Virus record (IMG/VR): IMGVR_UViG_3300009285_001197
Span: 1,316-65,315 of that record
From: a virus
Taxonomy: Duplodnaviria; Caudoviricetes
Length of the DNA: 64,000 nucleotides
Direction: 5' to 3' (one strand)
Shown: piece by piece, positions 1 through 9,723 of the stretch
Layout of the letters: every line of letters starts with the position of its first letter
Numbering within the stretch: position 1 is the first letter of the stretch
Made by a program: the position numbers and the translations under genes
Notes under the pieces: generated by a model
What the model saw: only the letters and a program-made list of their open reading frames with translations
The model's database searches: none
What the model was told of the DNA's origin: nothing

Positions 1-617
1 GTGCAGTACAGGTTAACCGTATAACCCGTCAATTGGGGGATGTTACTTACCGTAACGCCCCCGTTTTCCACAACTATGGCTATGACGCTATTACTAGCAC
101 CACCTTCACGTCCGTATTCGTCGCTATACGTCAGCGCTACTTGCACGACTCCGGCAAAGAGCGATCCATTAGCGGCGCTGACGGACGGTTGGGCTGGTGT
201 TGGGACACCCCACTTGCTGACACGTCCGTCAGCGTGGATTTCAAGCTTGCTTGTTCCACAGGACAGGTAGACAACATCATTAACCTCAGACCAGAAAGCA
301 TCCCCCGAAAGTGCAGTTTGCAGTGTGAGTGTAGTTCCGTCATGGTTAACCCGTTTTAGCGTGCCTGATTCGATGATGTACAGTCTGGAATAGTCAAACG
401 TGGAATAGGAGCCTGTTACCCCAGAACCTGTGACGAACGCGGTGTAACCCTCACGAAGTTGAATTCCCTCGGAATCCGTACAATCCACGTTATCCGCAAT
501 GGATTGCCACTCCCACGATTCATGATTTTTTGTTCCAGGCGCAGTTCCGCGCATCGGGTCAGCTACAGTATTCAGACCCCTGAAACGCTGGATATTTTTA
601 GTTGAACTCGCCTGCAT
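1..617 (-). CDS. Virion/tail structural protein, 5' part only (runs off the window's left edge)
   Basis: Own translation from ATG 617: MQASSTKNIQRFRGLNTVADPMRG...NVDCTDSEGIQLREGY...WGVPTPAQP...YSDEYGREGGAS, open to position 1. The FRGLN/NVD/REG motifs resemble podovirus tail-tube/stabilisation proteins. Confidence 0.7.
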   Translation of the reverse strand, partial: MQASSTKNIQRFRGLNTVADPMRGTAPGTKNHESWEWQSIADNVDCTDSEGIQLREGYTAFVTGSGVTGSYSTFDYSRLYIIESGTLKRVNHDGTTLTLQTALSGDAFWSEVNDVVYLSCGTSKLEIHADGRVSKWGVPTPAQPSVSAANGSLFAGVVQVALTYSDEYGREGGASNSVIAIVVENGGVTVSNIPQLTGYTVNLYC

Positions 618-679
618 CTGTGGCAACCTTACAGAGTGTTCCACATAGTATATCAGATTTTGTCATAGTCAAGCCCATC

Positions 680-3600
680 TTACCTATGTAGAACTACAGT
701 CGGTTTGCGCTGAGCTATTGTCAACTGCGCACTTGAATGTTCAGCTGGAACATAAAGCGCCCCAGTAAAGCTGCACTCGGCAAGGGTTAACCCCCTAACA
801 TGTATGCCTGATGTAATTTCACCATTGAGATAACTAACCGCGCTTGGTCTAGCATAAAATCTCGCTCGGGCTGTGAGTTCAGCTGTGGGGCTCGACCTCG
901 CAAAACATTCTGCTAAAATAGGTATCCCTGTAAGTACCGACCCTCTGACACTGGTACTGGCGTTGACCTGCGATGAAAGCGCTGCCCAGTGAGTGAGCAC
1001 GCCTACAACGGCAGATTGAGCAAATGAAGTGGCCAGCATTACTTTTGGAAAGTACAAATTCAGCGCGCTCAAAGTAGACTGGCTAACGCAATTAGCCTCT
1101 AGCGGTTTAGGCACCATTATGGTAGGGGCTCTGGCAGATGCTGCGACAATTGAGCTTCCGCCAAGCGTAATCCCGCATAGCATGTCAGCTGTAGTGATCG
1201 CAAAACCACCTGCAGCGGCAGTAGGCAAAGGCGTGCTAGTTTGTAAAAAGCCAATCGCAACCGCAGAGGAATGTACCGCCCCATCAACTGACTGCATGGT
1301 AGAGAGCTTAGCCCGGGCATTAGCGAGCGCTGAGAAAGCTCCATATAACCTGATCTGCGTAGTCAATGACATCTGAGACCATGAGTAACCATATGCTTTT
1401 GATGGGGCCAGTAGTAGTGTGGTTGTTCGTAAAACTGACAAAGAGGTGCATGAAGTTTGTGCTACCAACCGTATAGCCGTAGACATGGCAGCTGAGGCGC
1501 TGGACACAGCCTGCAACTGGATAGAAAAAGAGACGCCCAGCGTACCCGATGTAGTTGCCGATGCTGTGATGGATGCGCCGACAAGTATTTCAGTGCTCAG
1601 CCCAGAGCTAGTAGCAGAAACCCCACTCACAGCCCCAACAAGCCTCGCCCCCAAAACAGTAAGCGTGGCTAATGTACTCGCCTCGTCAGTTACCCGTACT
1701 GCCACGCCGTCAATAGCGTCGGTTAACCTTGCTAGAGCCTTTGATCCACGCCCAAAAGCGAATGTCGTAACGCGCGTTCCAGTGCCTTGGCTCGTAAAAA
1801 AACGAAGTCCGCTGTTAGCCATCCACCCGTCATTAACTGCAACAACGCCGTAAGGCGAAATTAACCCTGTGTCCTCCCAGTTAGTAGCGTCGTCTGATTT
1901 ATATACCATCCCACCGGTAGTGCGTAGACCCAAGAAGCCGTCGGTTGGAGACTCGCCCCGTATCAGCTTTACGTCGTAAAGGTGGGGGGCAACACTACTC
2001 AGCGTTGATGTGAGAAAACCGTCGCTACTATGAAGTCTCGCCAAGTCAAAGCACACCACTTCCCCTGAAACGGTTTCCAGCACATTGTCTATTGGTATGT
2101 TTGTCCAATAGAAAATACTTCCACCGGAAGGGAACGTAGAGACTGGGCATCTGTAATAATCAAAACGATTATAATACGCAACGTACTTACACCAGTAATA
2201 CGCCCCTTTTGAAAAAAACAAACTCGTGTACCATACTGCCGGACCAGTAAACGGCGTCCAAGTTATCCCGTCAGGCGACTTCGCTGCTGCGGTACTGTCA
2301 AACGAGATGGCGTAATATTCACCGTTTAAATATTTAATTACGTATACGTCTGCGCTATGTGTATACGTAGCCACCCACGTTTTTCCATCAAGTGAGTATG
2401 AAATAACTGGCCCACTATGACCTATGAATAACTGGGAACAGTAGCCAAACCACTCATTGTCTATTACTGTAGGCGCTGTATACGCCCCAGAAACAAGCGT
2501 ATTTACATCGGGTGAATGAGCGTATACGGTTGAACCAACACCACCAATGAGTAAAGCGTTACGTGTTACGGCAAGATTCCCACTAATAGCCTTCGGTGCC
2601 CATGTCTCCCCGAAACGTACACCCCATTCCAGCCCTGGACGCGCATATAGTAGCGTCTCAACTCTAAGGTCAGATGAGCATGCAACAGAGGCTTGTAGGA
2701 CGACGGCGGGTTGTTGCAAAGGGTTTAGCGACGTACTTGACCTGCTGTTACACCATGAGCCACCATTGACCGTGTAGTCAATTGGCATACTCCATGTATC
2801 TTGTAAGTAGTTAACCCACGTACCGCCAATATACAGCGATAACGTGCTTACTAAGTAGCCTGCAATACGTACTGAATTTTTTGCTGGATATACCGCACCG
2901 CCACCAGCAGTTATGTCCCGCAACAATTCATTTGGTGGACTTACCCACGTAGCACCATTGTCATTTGACACTCGTAGGTTTGAGTAACTAAACAGAGGCA
3001 CCAGTGGGTGCAGCACATGCACTCCACCATGTTGCGTAGGCACGTAGGCTACGTTACACGTTTCCACGCCAGATGTGTTTGGATACCATGTTATTCCATC
3101 AAGAGTGCGATGGGCAGCTGTGTCTTCGTCAGAAAACAGAACTCCACCTGATAGGCGCATATTTCCAAGAAATGACCTGCCAGTGCTCCACGATATTCCG
3201 TCTGTCGAGGTGTATCCGTTAATTACGAATCTGTTTCCAACAAAGCAGCACTGTGAAATCCCACTTACAGGGAGGGTTCTGATTGTCCAGTTTATTCTGT
3301 CAATGGAGGTTGCGTACTGATTTGTAGCTACACCTGATATGTATGGAGCAACCGCAACATATATGTTTGAGCCGTAAGCTAAGTCGCTCCATTTGGCAGC
3401 GAACGGTAACGTGAGCGTATGAAAATTACCTGCTTGAAAGTAAACAGCGTCGCTATTATTGGCTCGATAGCCATGCACCTGCGTTACGTTTAGACTACCG
3501 CCACGAACAAGGACATAAAGCGAATCATTTACTGCGCGGACATTTCCCCAATATCCAGCGGCAAGTTGCATCACCGCATACTGACCAGAATCTGAATTAA

Positions 3601-4708
3601 AGACCAGCGCTGATGTCTGCAGCGCCATTTCAGTTGACGGGTAATTATTAACGACCGTGTATCCGCACAACACGGTCGTGCTACCAAGTGTGTCTGCGTA
3701 AAGACGCCGCTGCCCAGCGATTACAGACTCAGCTCCGTAAAACCAGCCTGCCGGAACAACGTCTGAAAGAACGACCTCGGAAGCTGAGAGTCTCAATGCA
3801 ATTGCGCTAGCTTCCGAGCTTATGGATGCAAGCCATAGAAATGGATCAGTTGTTAAGTCTGCGCTAGCCGTGGCTACAGCGACCACTCCCCAACTGGCGT
3901 CTGGAAAGCGTTCCTCGATAAACGCTGAGACACTTGCAAATGAAGCAGGTGTCGCCGCGAATCGTATAGCCGTTGAGAGGATCGCCGCAGTGCTAGAACT
4001 GGCAGTTACTGTTGCGAAAATATCAGGCGATAGTGTTCGTAAAACAATAGTGACATAGGCGCGATTAGTTGAACTGTCCGCAGTGGATAATACTGGTCCG
4101 GTATCAGTGAGGGCACTTGAAAGCTCCCCGGTTATTAGCGCTATTCCGCCGCCAGCACCCAGTGACGTTGAGCTGTCCGCACGCTTAACAAGGTTAACTT
4201 GCTGGCCAAAATTGCTTACAAGCGTGCCTGTAATTGTGTTGGTCTGTGTCGCATCTTTATCCAGACCTATAAAGCTTGCGACGAGTGACCCGGCAGGAAA
4301 GGGGTCCCCCGCCGTAGCGACGGCGGTTGTTTCTATGTAGTCTGTGGCAGGCTCAAGGACATGCGAGCCTGAGTCCTCATACCAAACCGCTGGACCAGCT
4401 GCATCTCTGAAAACAAAAATCTGTGCCGTGGTATAGCTACCAGCATCTGAGACAGCTACGTTACTTTGCGTACCAGCAACGTCTTTTCCAAATAATCGCA
4501 GCGTTACTGCGCCAGCTACGTCTGGCGTAACTACATTTGAAGCCGCGTTGTGAAATGTCCAGCCGGATACGGCATCTCCATTAAAACTGGCGTGATTTAT
4601 AGCCAGTAGGGCGTAATCACCATCCTGATACCCTGCTGGCCAAGGAACAGATAGCGCACCTGTGCCCGCCGTAAATGCTCCGGCAGCTACAAATGATGGC
4701 TGGGCCAA
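680..4708 (-). CDS. Large tail fibre/virion protein with BNR-like SxDGxTW repeats
   Basis: 1342-aa ORF, TTG start preceded by AGGAG. Repeated TSIDRINW, STDGISW, TLDGITW, SNDNGATW, SLDGKTW, SPDGITW motifs; Ala/Ser/Thr-rich C-terminus; tail-gene context. Confidence 0.75.
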   Translation of the reverse strand: MAQPSFVAAGAFTAGTGALSVPWPAGYQDGDYALLAINHASFNGDAVSGWTFHNAASNVVTPDVAGAVTLRLFGKDVAGTQSNVAVSDAGSYTTAQIFVFRDAAGPAVWYEDSGSHVLEPATDYIETTAVATAGDPFPAGSLVASFIGLDKDATQTNTITGTLVSNFGQQVNLVKRADSSTSLGAGGGIALITGELSSALTDTGPVLSTADSSTNRAYVTIVLRTLSPDIFATVTASSSTAAILSTAIRFAATPASFASVSAFIEERFPDASWGVVAVATASADLTTDPFLWLASISSEASAIALRLSASEVVLSDVVPAGWFYGAESVIAGQRRLYADTLGSTTVLCGYTVVNNYPSTEMALQTSALVFNSDSGQYAVMQLAAGYWGNVRAVNDSLYVLVRGGSLNVTQVHGYRANNSDAVYFQAGNFHTLTLPFAAKWSDLAYGSNIYVAVAPYISGVATNQYATSIDRINWTIRTLPVSGISQCCFVGNRFVINGYTSTDGISWSTGRSFLGNMRLSGGVLFSDEDTAAHRTLDGITWYPNTSGVETCNVAYVPTQHGGVHVLHPLVPLFSYSNLRVSNDNGATWVSPPNELLRDITAGGGAVYPAKNSVRIAGYLVSTLSLYIGGTWVNYLQDTWSMPIDYTVNGGSWCNSRSSTSLNPLQQPAVVLQASVACSSDLRVETLLYARPGLEWGVRFGETWAPKAISGNLAVTRNALLIGGVGSTVYAHSPDVNTLVSGAYTAPTVIDNEWFGYCSQLFIGHSGPVISYSLDGKTWVATYTHSADVYVIKYLNGEYYAISFDSTAAAKSPDGITWTPFTGPAVWYTSLFFSKGAYYWCKYVAYYNRFDYYRCPVSTFPSGGSIFYWTNIPIDNVLETVSGEVVCFDLARLHSSDGFLTSTLSSVAPHLYDVKLIRGESPTDGFLGLRTTGGMVYKSDDATNWEDTGLISPYGVVAVNDGWMANSGLRFFTSQGTGTRVTTFAFGRGSKALARLTDAIDGVAVRVTDEASTLATLTVLGARLVGAVSGVSATSSGLSTEILVGASITASATTSGTLGVSFSIQLQAVSSASAAMSTAIRLVAQTSCTSLSVLRTTTLLLAPSKAYGYSWSQMSLTTQIRLYGAFSALANARAKLSTMQSVDGAVHSSAVAIGFLQTSTPLPTAAAGGFAITTADMLCGITLGGSSIVAASARAPTIMVPKPLEANCVSQSTLSALNLYFPKVMLATSFAQSAVVGVLTHWAALSSQVNASTSVRGSVLTGIPILAECFARSSPTAELTARARFYARPSAVSYLNGEITSGIHVRGLTLAECSFTGALYVPAEHSSAQLTIAQRKPTVVLHR

Positions 4709-4735
4709 AGGTGGCTCCTACTGAAAGATGGGTGT

Positions 4736-4759
4736 CGCCACGAGAGTAATCTCGTGGCG
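4736..4759. terminator. Intergenic hairpin (possible terminator or processing site)
   Basis: CGCCACGAGA-GTAA-TCTCGTGGCG, a perfect 10-bp stem between two tail genes; no clear U-tract. Confidence 0.45.
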
Positions 4760-4766
4760 TTGAGAT

Positions 4767-5237
4767 TTAGTTGTCTATCTGGAAGCTGAGCGCAGCGGCT
4801 GCAAAACTCGGAGCTGCGTCCCCATTATTTACAGTTTTGCTGGTTGTCAAAGCGCCCCATACCAGCATATTACCGCCCGTAACCGCATCAAAAATAGCAA
4901 AGCCTGTAACTACTCCCCAGTTTGCCGTAGGCGCAGGGAATGTAATCGCAGCGTTGTTGCTCGTGGTGCCAGTCGTGCCTGTCGAAACAGTTGTTGACGC
5001 TGCGGACTGTGTGCCTGACCAATTAGCTAGAGAGCTAGTGATTGCCACCCGCGCATAACTGCCGCCTGTAACCTCGGTTCCACCCGCCGTGTCGGTGGGG
5101 TTTACAGTATAAAGTGCAACGTATAAGGACGTTGGGCCCGACCCTGCGGCAGCTGATGCTCCAGTAAGTCCAATAGCTTGTCCGCGAAAAAACCAGTCGA
5201 TCAATTTGTTTTCAAGTACGTCACTCATTGCAGCCAT
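4767..5237 (-). CDS. Phage tail-associated structural protein
   Basis: LENKLIDW..LYVALYT..EVTGGSYARVA..NNAAITFPAPTANWG..AIFDAVTGGNML is a typical small phage tail-protein signature. Confidence 0.8.
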   Translation of the reverse strand: MAAMSDVLENKLIDWFFRGQAIGLTGASAAAGSGPTSLYVALYTVNPTDTAGGTEVTGGSYARVAITSSLANWSGTQSAASTTVSTGTTGTTSNNAAITFPAPTANWGVVTGFAIFDAVTGGNMLVWGALTTSKTVNNGDAAPSFAAAALSFQIDN

Positions 5238-5250
5238 GGTGTTTCCCCTA

Positions 5251-5688
5251 TTAAGATTTTAATTGGTACATCAACGCACCTGGTACAAACACCGGGGGGT
5301 GCTCCCCAAAACTGATAAATTTTGAAGTTGTAAGCTCACCAAAAATGATCATATTTCCTCCAACCTGTGAATCATATAGCGCGAAGCCTCTAACCTCACC
5401 CCAATCTGCTGTCGGAACTGGGAATCTGATCGGCAGGTTGTTGCTTGTAGCACCTGAGTCCCCTGTGCTTTGGGAAGCGCTCCCTCTATCTTGAGTTCCA
5501 GACCACGCATCCATACTAGATACAACAGGTACACGCGCGTAAGAATGACCGCATAACTCAACCTCGACTTGCCCATCGTAAGGCAACGACCTCAGCAACC
5601 CGACATACATTACATCAGGCGCTATAAATTCCTTAGCGCGAAAAATATGATCTACGAGTTTATTTTTCAGATAGTTACTGGCAGCCAC
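5251..5688 (-). CDS. Phage tail-associated protein, paralog of 4767..5237
   Basis: Same motif order: LKNKLVDHIFR, YARVPV, NNLPIRFPVPTADWG, ALYDSQVGGNMI. Confidence 0.75.
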   Translation of the reverse strand: MAASNYLKNKLVDHIFRAKEFIAPDVMYVGLLRSLPYDGQVEVELCGHSYARVPVVSSMDAWSGTQDRGSASQSTGDSGATSNNLPIRFPVPTADWGEVRGFALYDSQVGGNMIIFGELTTSKFISFGEHPPVFVPGALMYQLKS

Positions 5689-5713
5689 GATACGCCCCTA
5701 ACGTGAGTTGAAA

Positions 5714-6190
5714 TTATTCAGCCGCATGCCACAAAACCAGCGTATTCAGCCTCAATGCGCAGGTGTCATAGAGCTGGTTGGCTTCGGCGATCCAGTAGGC
5801 AACGTCCCGATCAGAGGCGGCAAGTGCTCCGGCACCTTCTGTAGCAGGTTCGCTGGCGGGGGGACGGATGCCCTGAGCGCTGCCGGGCTGCAGCAGGCTG
5901 ACAGCGGCAGGACTAAGACAAGGAGTAGTGCCTGTGGTGACGGTGGGAACATATTTGATTACCTCCACGGTTTTTACGGTGATGCGAGCCTCGGCTTTCG
6001 CCAGCTTGTCAGAAAGCTCGTTACCCCGCTTGATTTGCGTATCAAGCGCCTTGCGATACGCAGCCTGCTCTTTCGCACGCTGCGCTTCGTACTTGGTATT
6101 GGCCCAGTTCTGGCCGGTATAGAAGCCCATGCAGAGCGATGTAGCTACAGCCAGCATGGCGGCGATTATGATTTGCGGCGTAAACATCAC
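5714..6190 (-). CDS. Rz: Rz-like inner-membrane spanin
   Basis: N-terminal TM helix followed by a coiled coil; lies downstream of the holin/endolysin genes and contains a nested lipoprotein ORF. Confidence 0.7.
   Translation of the reverse strand: MMFTPQIIIAAMLAVATSLCMGFYTGQNWANTKYEAQRAKEQAAYRKALDTQIKRGNELSDKLAKAEARITVKTVEVIKYVPTVTTGTTPCLSPAAVSLLQPGSAQGIRPPASEPATEGAGALAASDRDVAYWIAEANQLYDTCALRLNTLVLWHAAE
5752..5952 (-). CDS. Rz1: Rz1-like outer-membrane spanin lipoprotein, embedded in Rz
   Basis: MFPPSPQALLLVLVLPLSAC: hydrophobic signal, lipobox LSAC and a Pro-rich mature part, in an alternate frame inside Rz. Confidence 0.7.
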   Translation of the reverse strand: MFPPSPQALLLVLVLPLSACCSPAALRASVPPPANLLQKVPEHLPPLIGTLPTGSPKPTSSMTPAH

Positions 6191-6411
6191 TTATCCCCAA
6201 GCGATGTCGTGGTTTTGAAACGCAACATGATGTTCATCACAATCACCAGTCCCATAGCATACTTGAAAGCTTGGTCAGGGACATACTGGCTCAGTGCTGG
6301 AAGGCTATCCTGTAGCATTGGTAGCCCAGTTATGAGTGCACCTGCGACACCGTTAAGCCAGATAGTAAGCGACTTATGCGCGCGTTTTAATTTGTACAGG
6401 AATGATGTCAT
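6187..6411 (-). CDS. Holin-like membrane protein
   Basis: 74 aa with two hydrophobic segments and a KSLTIWLN motif; sits between the endolysin candidate and the spanins. Confidence 0.65.
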   Translation of the reverse strand: MTSFLYKLKRAHKSLTIWLNGVAGALITGLPMLQDSLPALSQYVPDQAFKYAMGLVIVMNIMLRFKTTTSLGDK

Positions 6412-6827
6412 AGTTCAGTCGCCTCTGCAATGATCTCAATGGTGATAGGGTCATGAACGTCATACGCGTCGTCAAGTGCATCCATAAATTTTGCCAGAGC
6501 AAGTCTGGAATTACCGACAAAATCCGTACTGTGCGTCATACCAAGCAAAATGCAGCCTTCGGTATTTTCAGCCACATTTCCTGAATGAATTCTTACCCCA
6601 ACGAAGTTGGGTACGCCGATCAGTAGGGGTAACGGTTTTTGAAAGCGATCAGAGAAAGTTACAACCAGCGGATACGTGCCCCACGGGATAGCTGTTTTTC
6701 CGTACACCTTCTCGCCTGCTGGGCGAACTACATCCTCCAACGTGTAGCAGAAGAATGCTCCATCGACGTACAGAATCCCTGTAGTTGATTTCCCTGTGAA
6801 CCATTTACGACGGAGCGATAACTTCAT
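6408..6827 (-). CDS. DUF5675-like protein, probable endolysin/peptidase
   Basis: STTGILY..CYTLED..KTAIPWGTY..GVRIHSGNVAENTEGCILLG (H-x-GN...GC motif); located in the lysis module. Start taken at MKLSLRRK. Confidence 0.7.
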   Translation of the reverse strand: MKLSLRRKWFTGKSTTGILYVDGAFFCYTLEDVVRPAGEKVYGKTAIPWGTYPLVVTFSDRFQKPLPLLIGVPNFVGVRIHSGNVAENTEGCILLGMTHSTDFVGNSRLALAKFMDALDDAYDVHDPITIEIIAEATEL

Positions 6828-6844
6828 AACGAAACCCTTACCCC

Positions 6845-7195
6845 TTAGAAAGTCGCCAATTGGCATCGCTGCCACGAATTAACCGCAACGCATACGTATA
6901 AATACCCCATTGCTACGCGCACCTCCCCTGGGGTTCCGTAGTCTGATGGGCTGGTTGGTGCCCCAACAACTGCTGAGGTTATTCCTTGTGGACCCTGTTC
7001 ACCAACTGATAGCACGTGCAGGCTGTCTTCTGGCGCTATCACTACAGATGATTCTGCGCCATCAACTACCACAATCTCTGCTTCTTCCAACACTGCAATG
7101 GTTGGACTTGATGGAGTCTCCACTGTGGCGATCTGCACCTCAGTGGAGAATACGCCGTTGGCTACGACCTTTTCTATTATCACCACTTCAGTCAT
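6845..7195 (-). CDS. Hypothetical virion protein
   Basis: 116-aa ORF with a short GEQGPQG collagen-like motif and a YLYVCVAVNSWQR C-terminus typical of fibre-associated proteins. Confidence 0.6.
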   Translation of the reverse strand: MTEVVIIEKVVANGVFSTEVQIATVETPSSPTIAVLEEAEIVVVDGAESSVVIAPEDSLHVLSVGEQGPQGITSAVVGAPTSPSDYGTPGEVRVAMGYLYVCVAVNSWQRCQLATF

Positions 7196-7368
7196 AGCAG
7201 TACCGCCCTGTCTGTTTCAGCTTTCGTTATTATAACGTCTGTCTGAATATCACGCACATAAAACTCTACTGGGCGTCTGATCCAACCTGTAGGAATAACT
7301 CCTGCAACGCCCCATATCAACCGGAACGTCCACGCTGCGAATGTCTTGGCTGCAAAACTAGCTAACAT
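7192..7368 (-). CDS. Small hypothetical protein (58 aa)
   Basis: Own translation MLASFAAKTFAAWTFRLIWG...DRAVLL; fills the gap and overlaps both neighbours' start/stop regions. Confidence 0.45.
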   Translation of the reverse strand: MLASFAAKTFAAWTFRLIWGVAGVIPTGWIRRPVEFYVRDIQTDVIITKAETDRAVLL

Positions 7369-7945
7369 TAGTCACAACCCCAGTTCTATTTCCAAAGCTA
7401 TCTACAGTAACTACAGCGCGATCTGTCAGATCATTCATATCTCTGAATACTTCTGTGCCTGTACCCGCACCGGATACTTTACCTGCCAGCACTGATGACA
7501 TCAGGCGCATGATCTGCTCGGCTGTGTAAACCCCTTCCACCTGTTTTACCCACACAGCCGCAGCAACTTCCGCAGCGGTCGGTGCTGGCACGCCTGATGT
7601 GCTGTATCCAATTGCAATGCCGGGTATCTGCCGGTTAATCCGGATCTTGTACGTGCCTACTGGGTCACCGAACGGGTCGCCGCCGCCTTCGCGCACAAAA
7701 ATCCCGTTTGTCACGCTCAGCGTGTGGTCTGCGGATTGCGGGATAACGACCCATCCATTGCGGATAAACAGGTACAGCGGTATCTCCGCTATATCTCCGC
7801 CTACGGTGCCGAATGCTGGCAGGCAGGATGCGTTACCGGCCAGCACCCAATCCTTCCAGCGGCTGTGCAAGTCGATCAAATCCAGCGTCACCATTCCGGA
7901 TGGCAGGATGATCAGCTTGTTTTGACCGTCAAATGTGTAGGCCAT
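7358..7945 (-). CDS. Hypothetical virion protein
   Basis: 195-aa ORF in the co-oriented structural operon. Confidence 0.65.
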   Translation of the reverse strand: MAYTFDGQNKLIILPSGMVTLDLIDLHSRWKDWVLAGNASCLPAFGTVGGDIAEIPLYLFIRNGWVVIPQSADHTLSVTNGIFVREGGGDPFGDPVGTYKIRINRQIPGIAIGYSTSGVPAPTAAEVAAAVWVKQVEGVYTAEQIMRLMSSVLAGKVSGAGTGTEVFRDMNDLTDRAVVTVDSFGNRTGVVTNVS

Positions 7946-7947
7946 GC

Positions 7948-9309
7948 TTAAACCGGGTTGCTATACCAACGCTCAAGCCCTGCAACAAACACCAGTTTTA
8001 CCCCGCTTGGCTCGATTGTTCCGGTCGCCACTGCAATCTTTGCGCCATCTTCGCCAAGCGCGATGGCGGTTACCGGGACATCAACCGTATGGACGTAGCT
8101 GAAACTGGTGTTTGCAGTGGCCGCGCCTTTCATTTGCACACCGAGCGAGTCGAGCAGCGGGGTTGCGCCTGGCGTGCCGTAATCCGATGTTCGGAAAATC
8201 CAGAAATATGAACTGGCGTCGCCAATCAGGTAGCCGTCAAACTCGCACACCACCGACACCGACAGCGGATAGGCTCTGAGCAGGTTGAGGTCGTCGCGCT
8301 CGTTGACGTAGTTGTAGCTGGATGCAGCAACGCCGGATATATGCACGCCGCCCACACCTGTCTGGTAGATGGTCTTGAGTACCGCGCCGTCCATGAAGGT
8401 CAGGGCTGCGCTCACGTTACCGTTGCGCACGCTGGCCCCGGCATCAATATCCGTTGCCTGGCGCAGCCGCCACTGCACCCATGAGTAAACCTGTGCGTGC
8501 GTCTTGCCGTTTGCCGTAATGTTGACGTGGTAGTTGTAGGGGCCATTGGTGCCGAGCGAGTACGGCTGAGCGGTGGCATACCACTGGATCGCCATGCCGG
8601 TGTACGCCGAGACGGTTGCATCTGTTTCGGTCACGCCAGCATCGACTACCGAGGTGAGCGGGTAATTGTATTTTTTGTAGGTCAGTACCGGGTAGCCGAT
8701 GTCCGCGTTGCTCGATTCGTCAAACGTGTAACCGCCCGGGCGCAGGAACAGTTTTGAGTATGCGCGGTAATCATAATCCGGCGTGCCGTCGCCGTTGGTG
8801 TCGGAATAAATCTGCACCAGCTCGTTGACGCCGAATGTAGTGCCGGTGTTGACGTGCGTGAAGGTTGCCGTGCTCGCGTCGGTCGCGCTGGACTGGGTGT
8901 AATAGATCGCCGTTGCGATGTCTGCCGCTGCCGGTAATTCTCCAAGCGAGACGAAGCAGGCGAACTCTGCGGTGATGACGCCTGCCGCGTTGACATAGGC
9001 CACGCCGCAGTCCCTGATTGATTTCAGGGTGTTGGTGTTTTTGAACGTCCAGCCCGCCAGCAGCTCCATCGATTCATCGTGAATCATCTCCTTGACTGGC
9101 AGCGGGACAGATGTCAGCAGTGGGCTGGCCCTGATCACCGTCTTGATCCTGGAAAACAGGCACTGTCCGGTAACGCCATCGCTGAAGGTGAACGCCCCGC
9201 CCTCTACCAGCTCGATGGTCTGGGCTGTCGTGTCAAAGCGCAATATTTCTGTCGTGGGCGTGCCGTTGACGATGTAGGTGAGAAGGTCTAAGTCGATAAT
9301 TTTTGCCAT
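7948..9309 (-). CDS. Virion structural protein
   Basis: 453-aa Thr/Ala-rich ORF with AAGGA RBS; structural operon. Confidence 0.7.
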   Translation of the reverse strand: MAKIIDLDLLTYIVNGTPTTEILRFDTTAQTIELVEGGAFTFSDGVTGQCLFSRIKTVIRASPLLTSVPLPVKEMIHDESMELLAGWTFKNTNTLKSIRDCGVAYVNAAGVITAEFACFVSLGELPAAADIATAIYYTQSSATDASTATFTHVNTGTTFGVNELVQIYSDTNGDGTPDYDYRAYSKLFLRPGGYTFDESSNADIGYPVLTYKKYNYPLTSVVDAGVTETDATVSAYTGMAIQWYATAQPYSLGTNGPYNYHVNITANGKTHAQVYSWVQWRLRQATDIDAGASVRNGNVSAALTFMDGAVLKTIYQTGVGGVHISGVAASSYNYVNERDDLNLLRAYPLSVSVVCEFDGYLIGDASSYFWIFRTSDYGTPGATPLLDSLGVQMKGAATANTSFSYVHTVDVPVTAIALGEDGAKIAVATGTIEPSGVKLVFVAGLERWYSNPV

Positions 9310-9321
9310 TGCTTTTGTCCT

Positions 9322-9723
9322 TTATGCCGGGTTGTTGAACCACTTGTCCGGCTCTTGCTGGATAGGGATAGAACCTGTTCCCACGCTCGCCAGGTAATTG
9401 AATTCTTTCGTCCCATAGAGTTCGTTGACGATCACGATCCTGACGGTGTTATTCGCACTGCCTGGCGAATAGGCACCCCATATCAGCACCTGATCGGCCA
9501 CACAACTTTCCACCCCGGCGGCCTCTGTACCATCCGGGAGGAATACACGGATTTCGCTTCCGGCGTTGACGCCTTCGAATGTGCGCGTTGCGTTTCCTAT
9601 GCTGTCTGTTGGCAGGCGTCCCAATGACAACACGGCGCTTCCTACACTCATCGGACCGCGCGTTAGCGGCGGGGAAATAGTGGCCGCATGAAACGCGAAA
9701 AGTGGCGCAAGAATTGTGTTCAT
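9322..9723 (-). CDS. Hypothetical protein (tail-fibre associated)
   Basis: ATG at 9723 overlaps the upstream TGA. C-terminus DKWFNNPA parallels the neighbour's ERWYSNPV. Confidence 0.6.
   Translation of the reverse strand: MNTILAPLFAFHAATISPPLTRGPMSVGSAVLSLGRLPTDSIGNATRTFEGVNAGSEIRVFLPDGTEAAGVESCVADQVLIWGAYSPGSANNTVRIVIVNELYGTKEFNYLASVGTGSIPIQQEPDKWFNNPA

Noticed and set aside
5708-6433. 241-aa plus-strand ORF over the lysis genes
   Set aside because: Antisense to the well-supported Rz/Rz1/holin genes; TTG start and no motifs.
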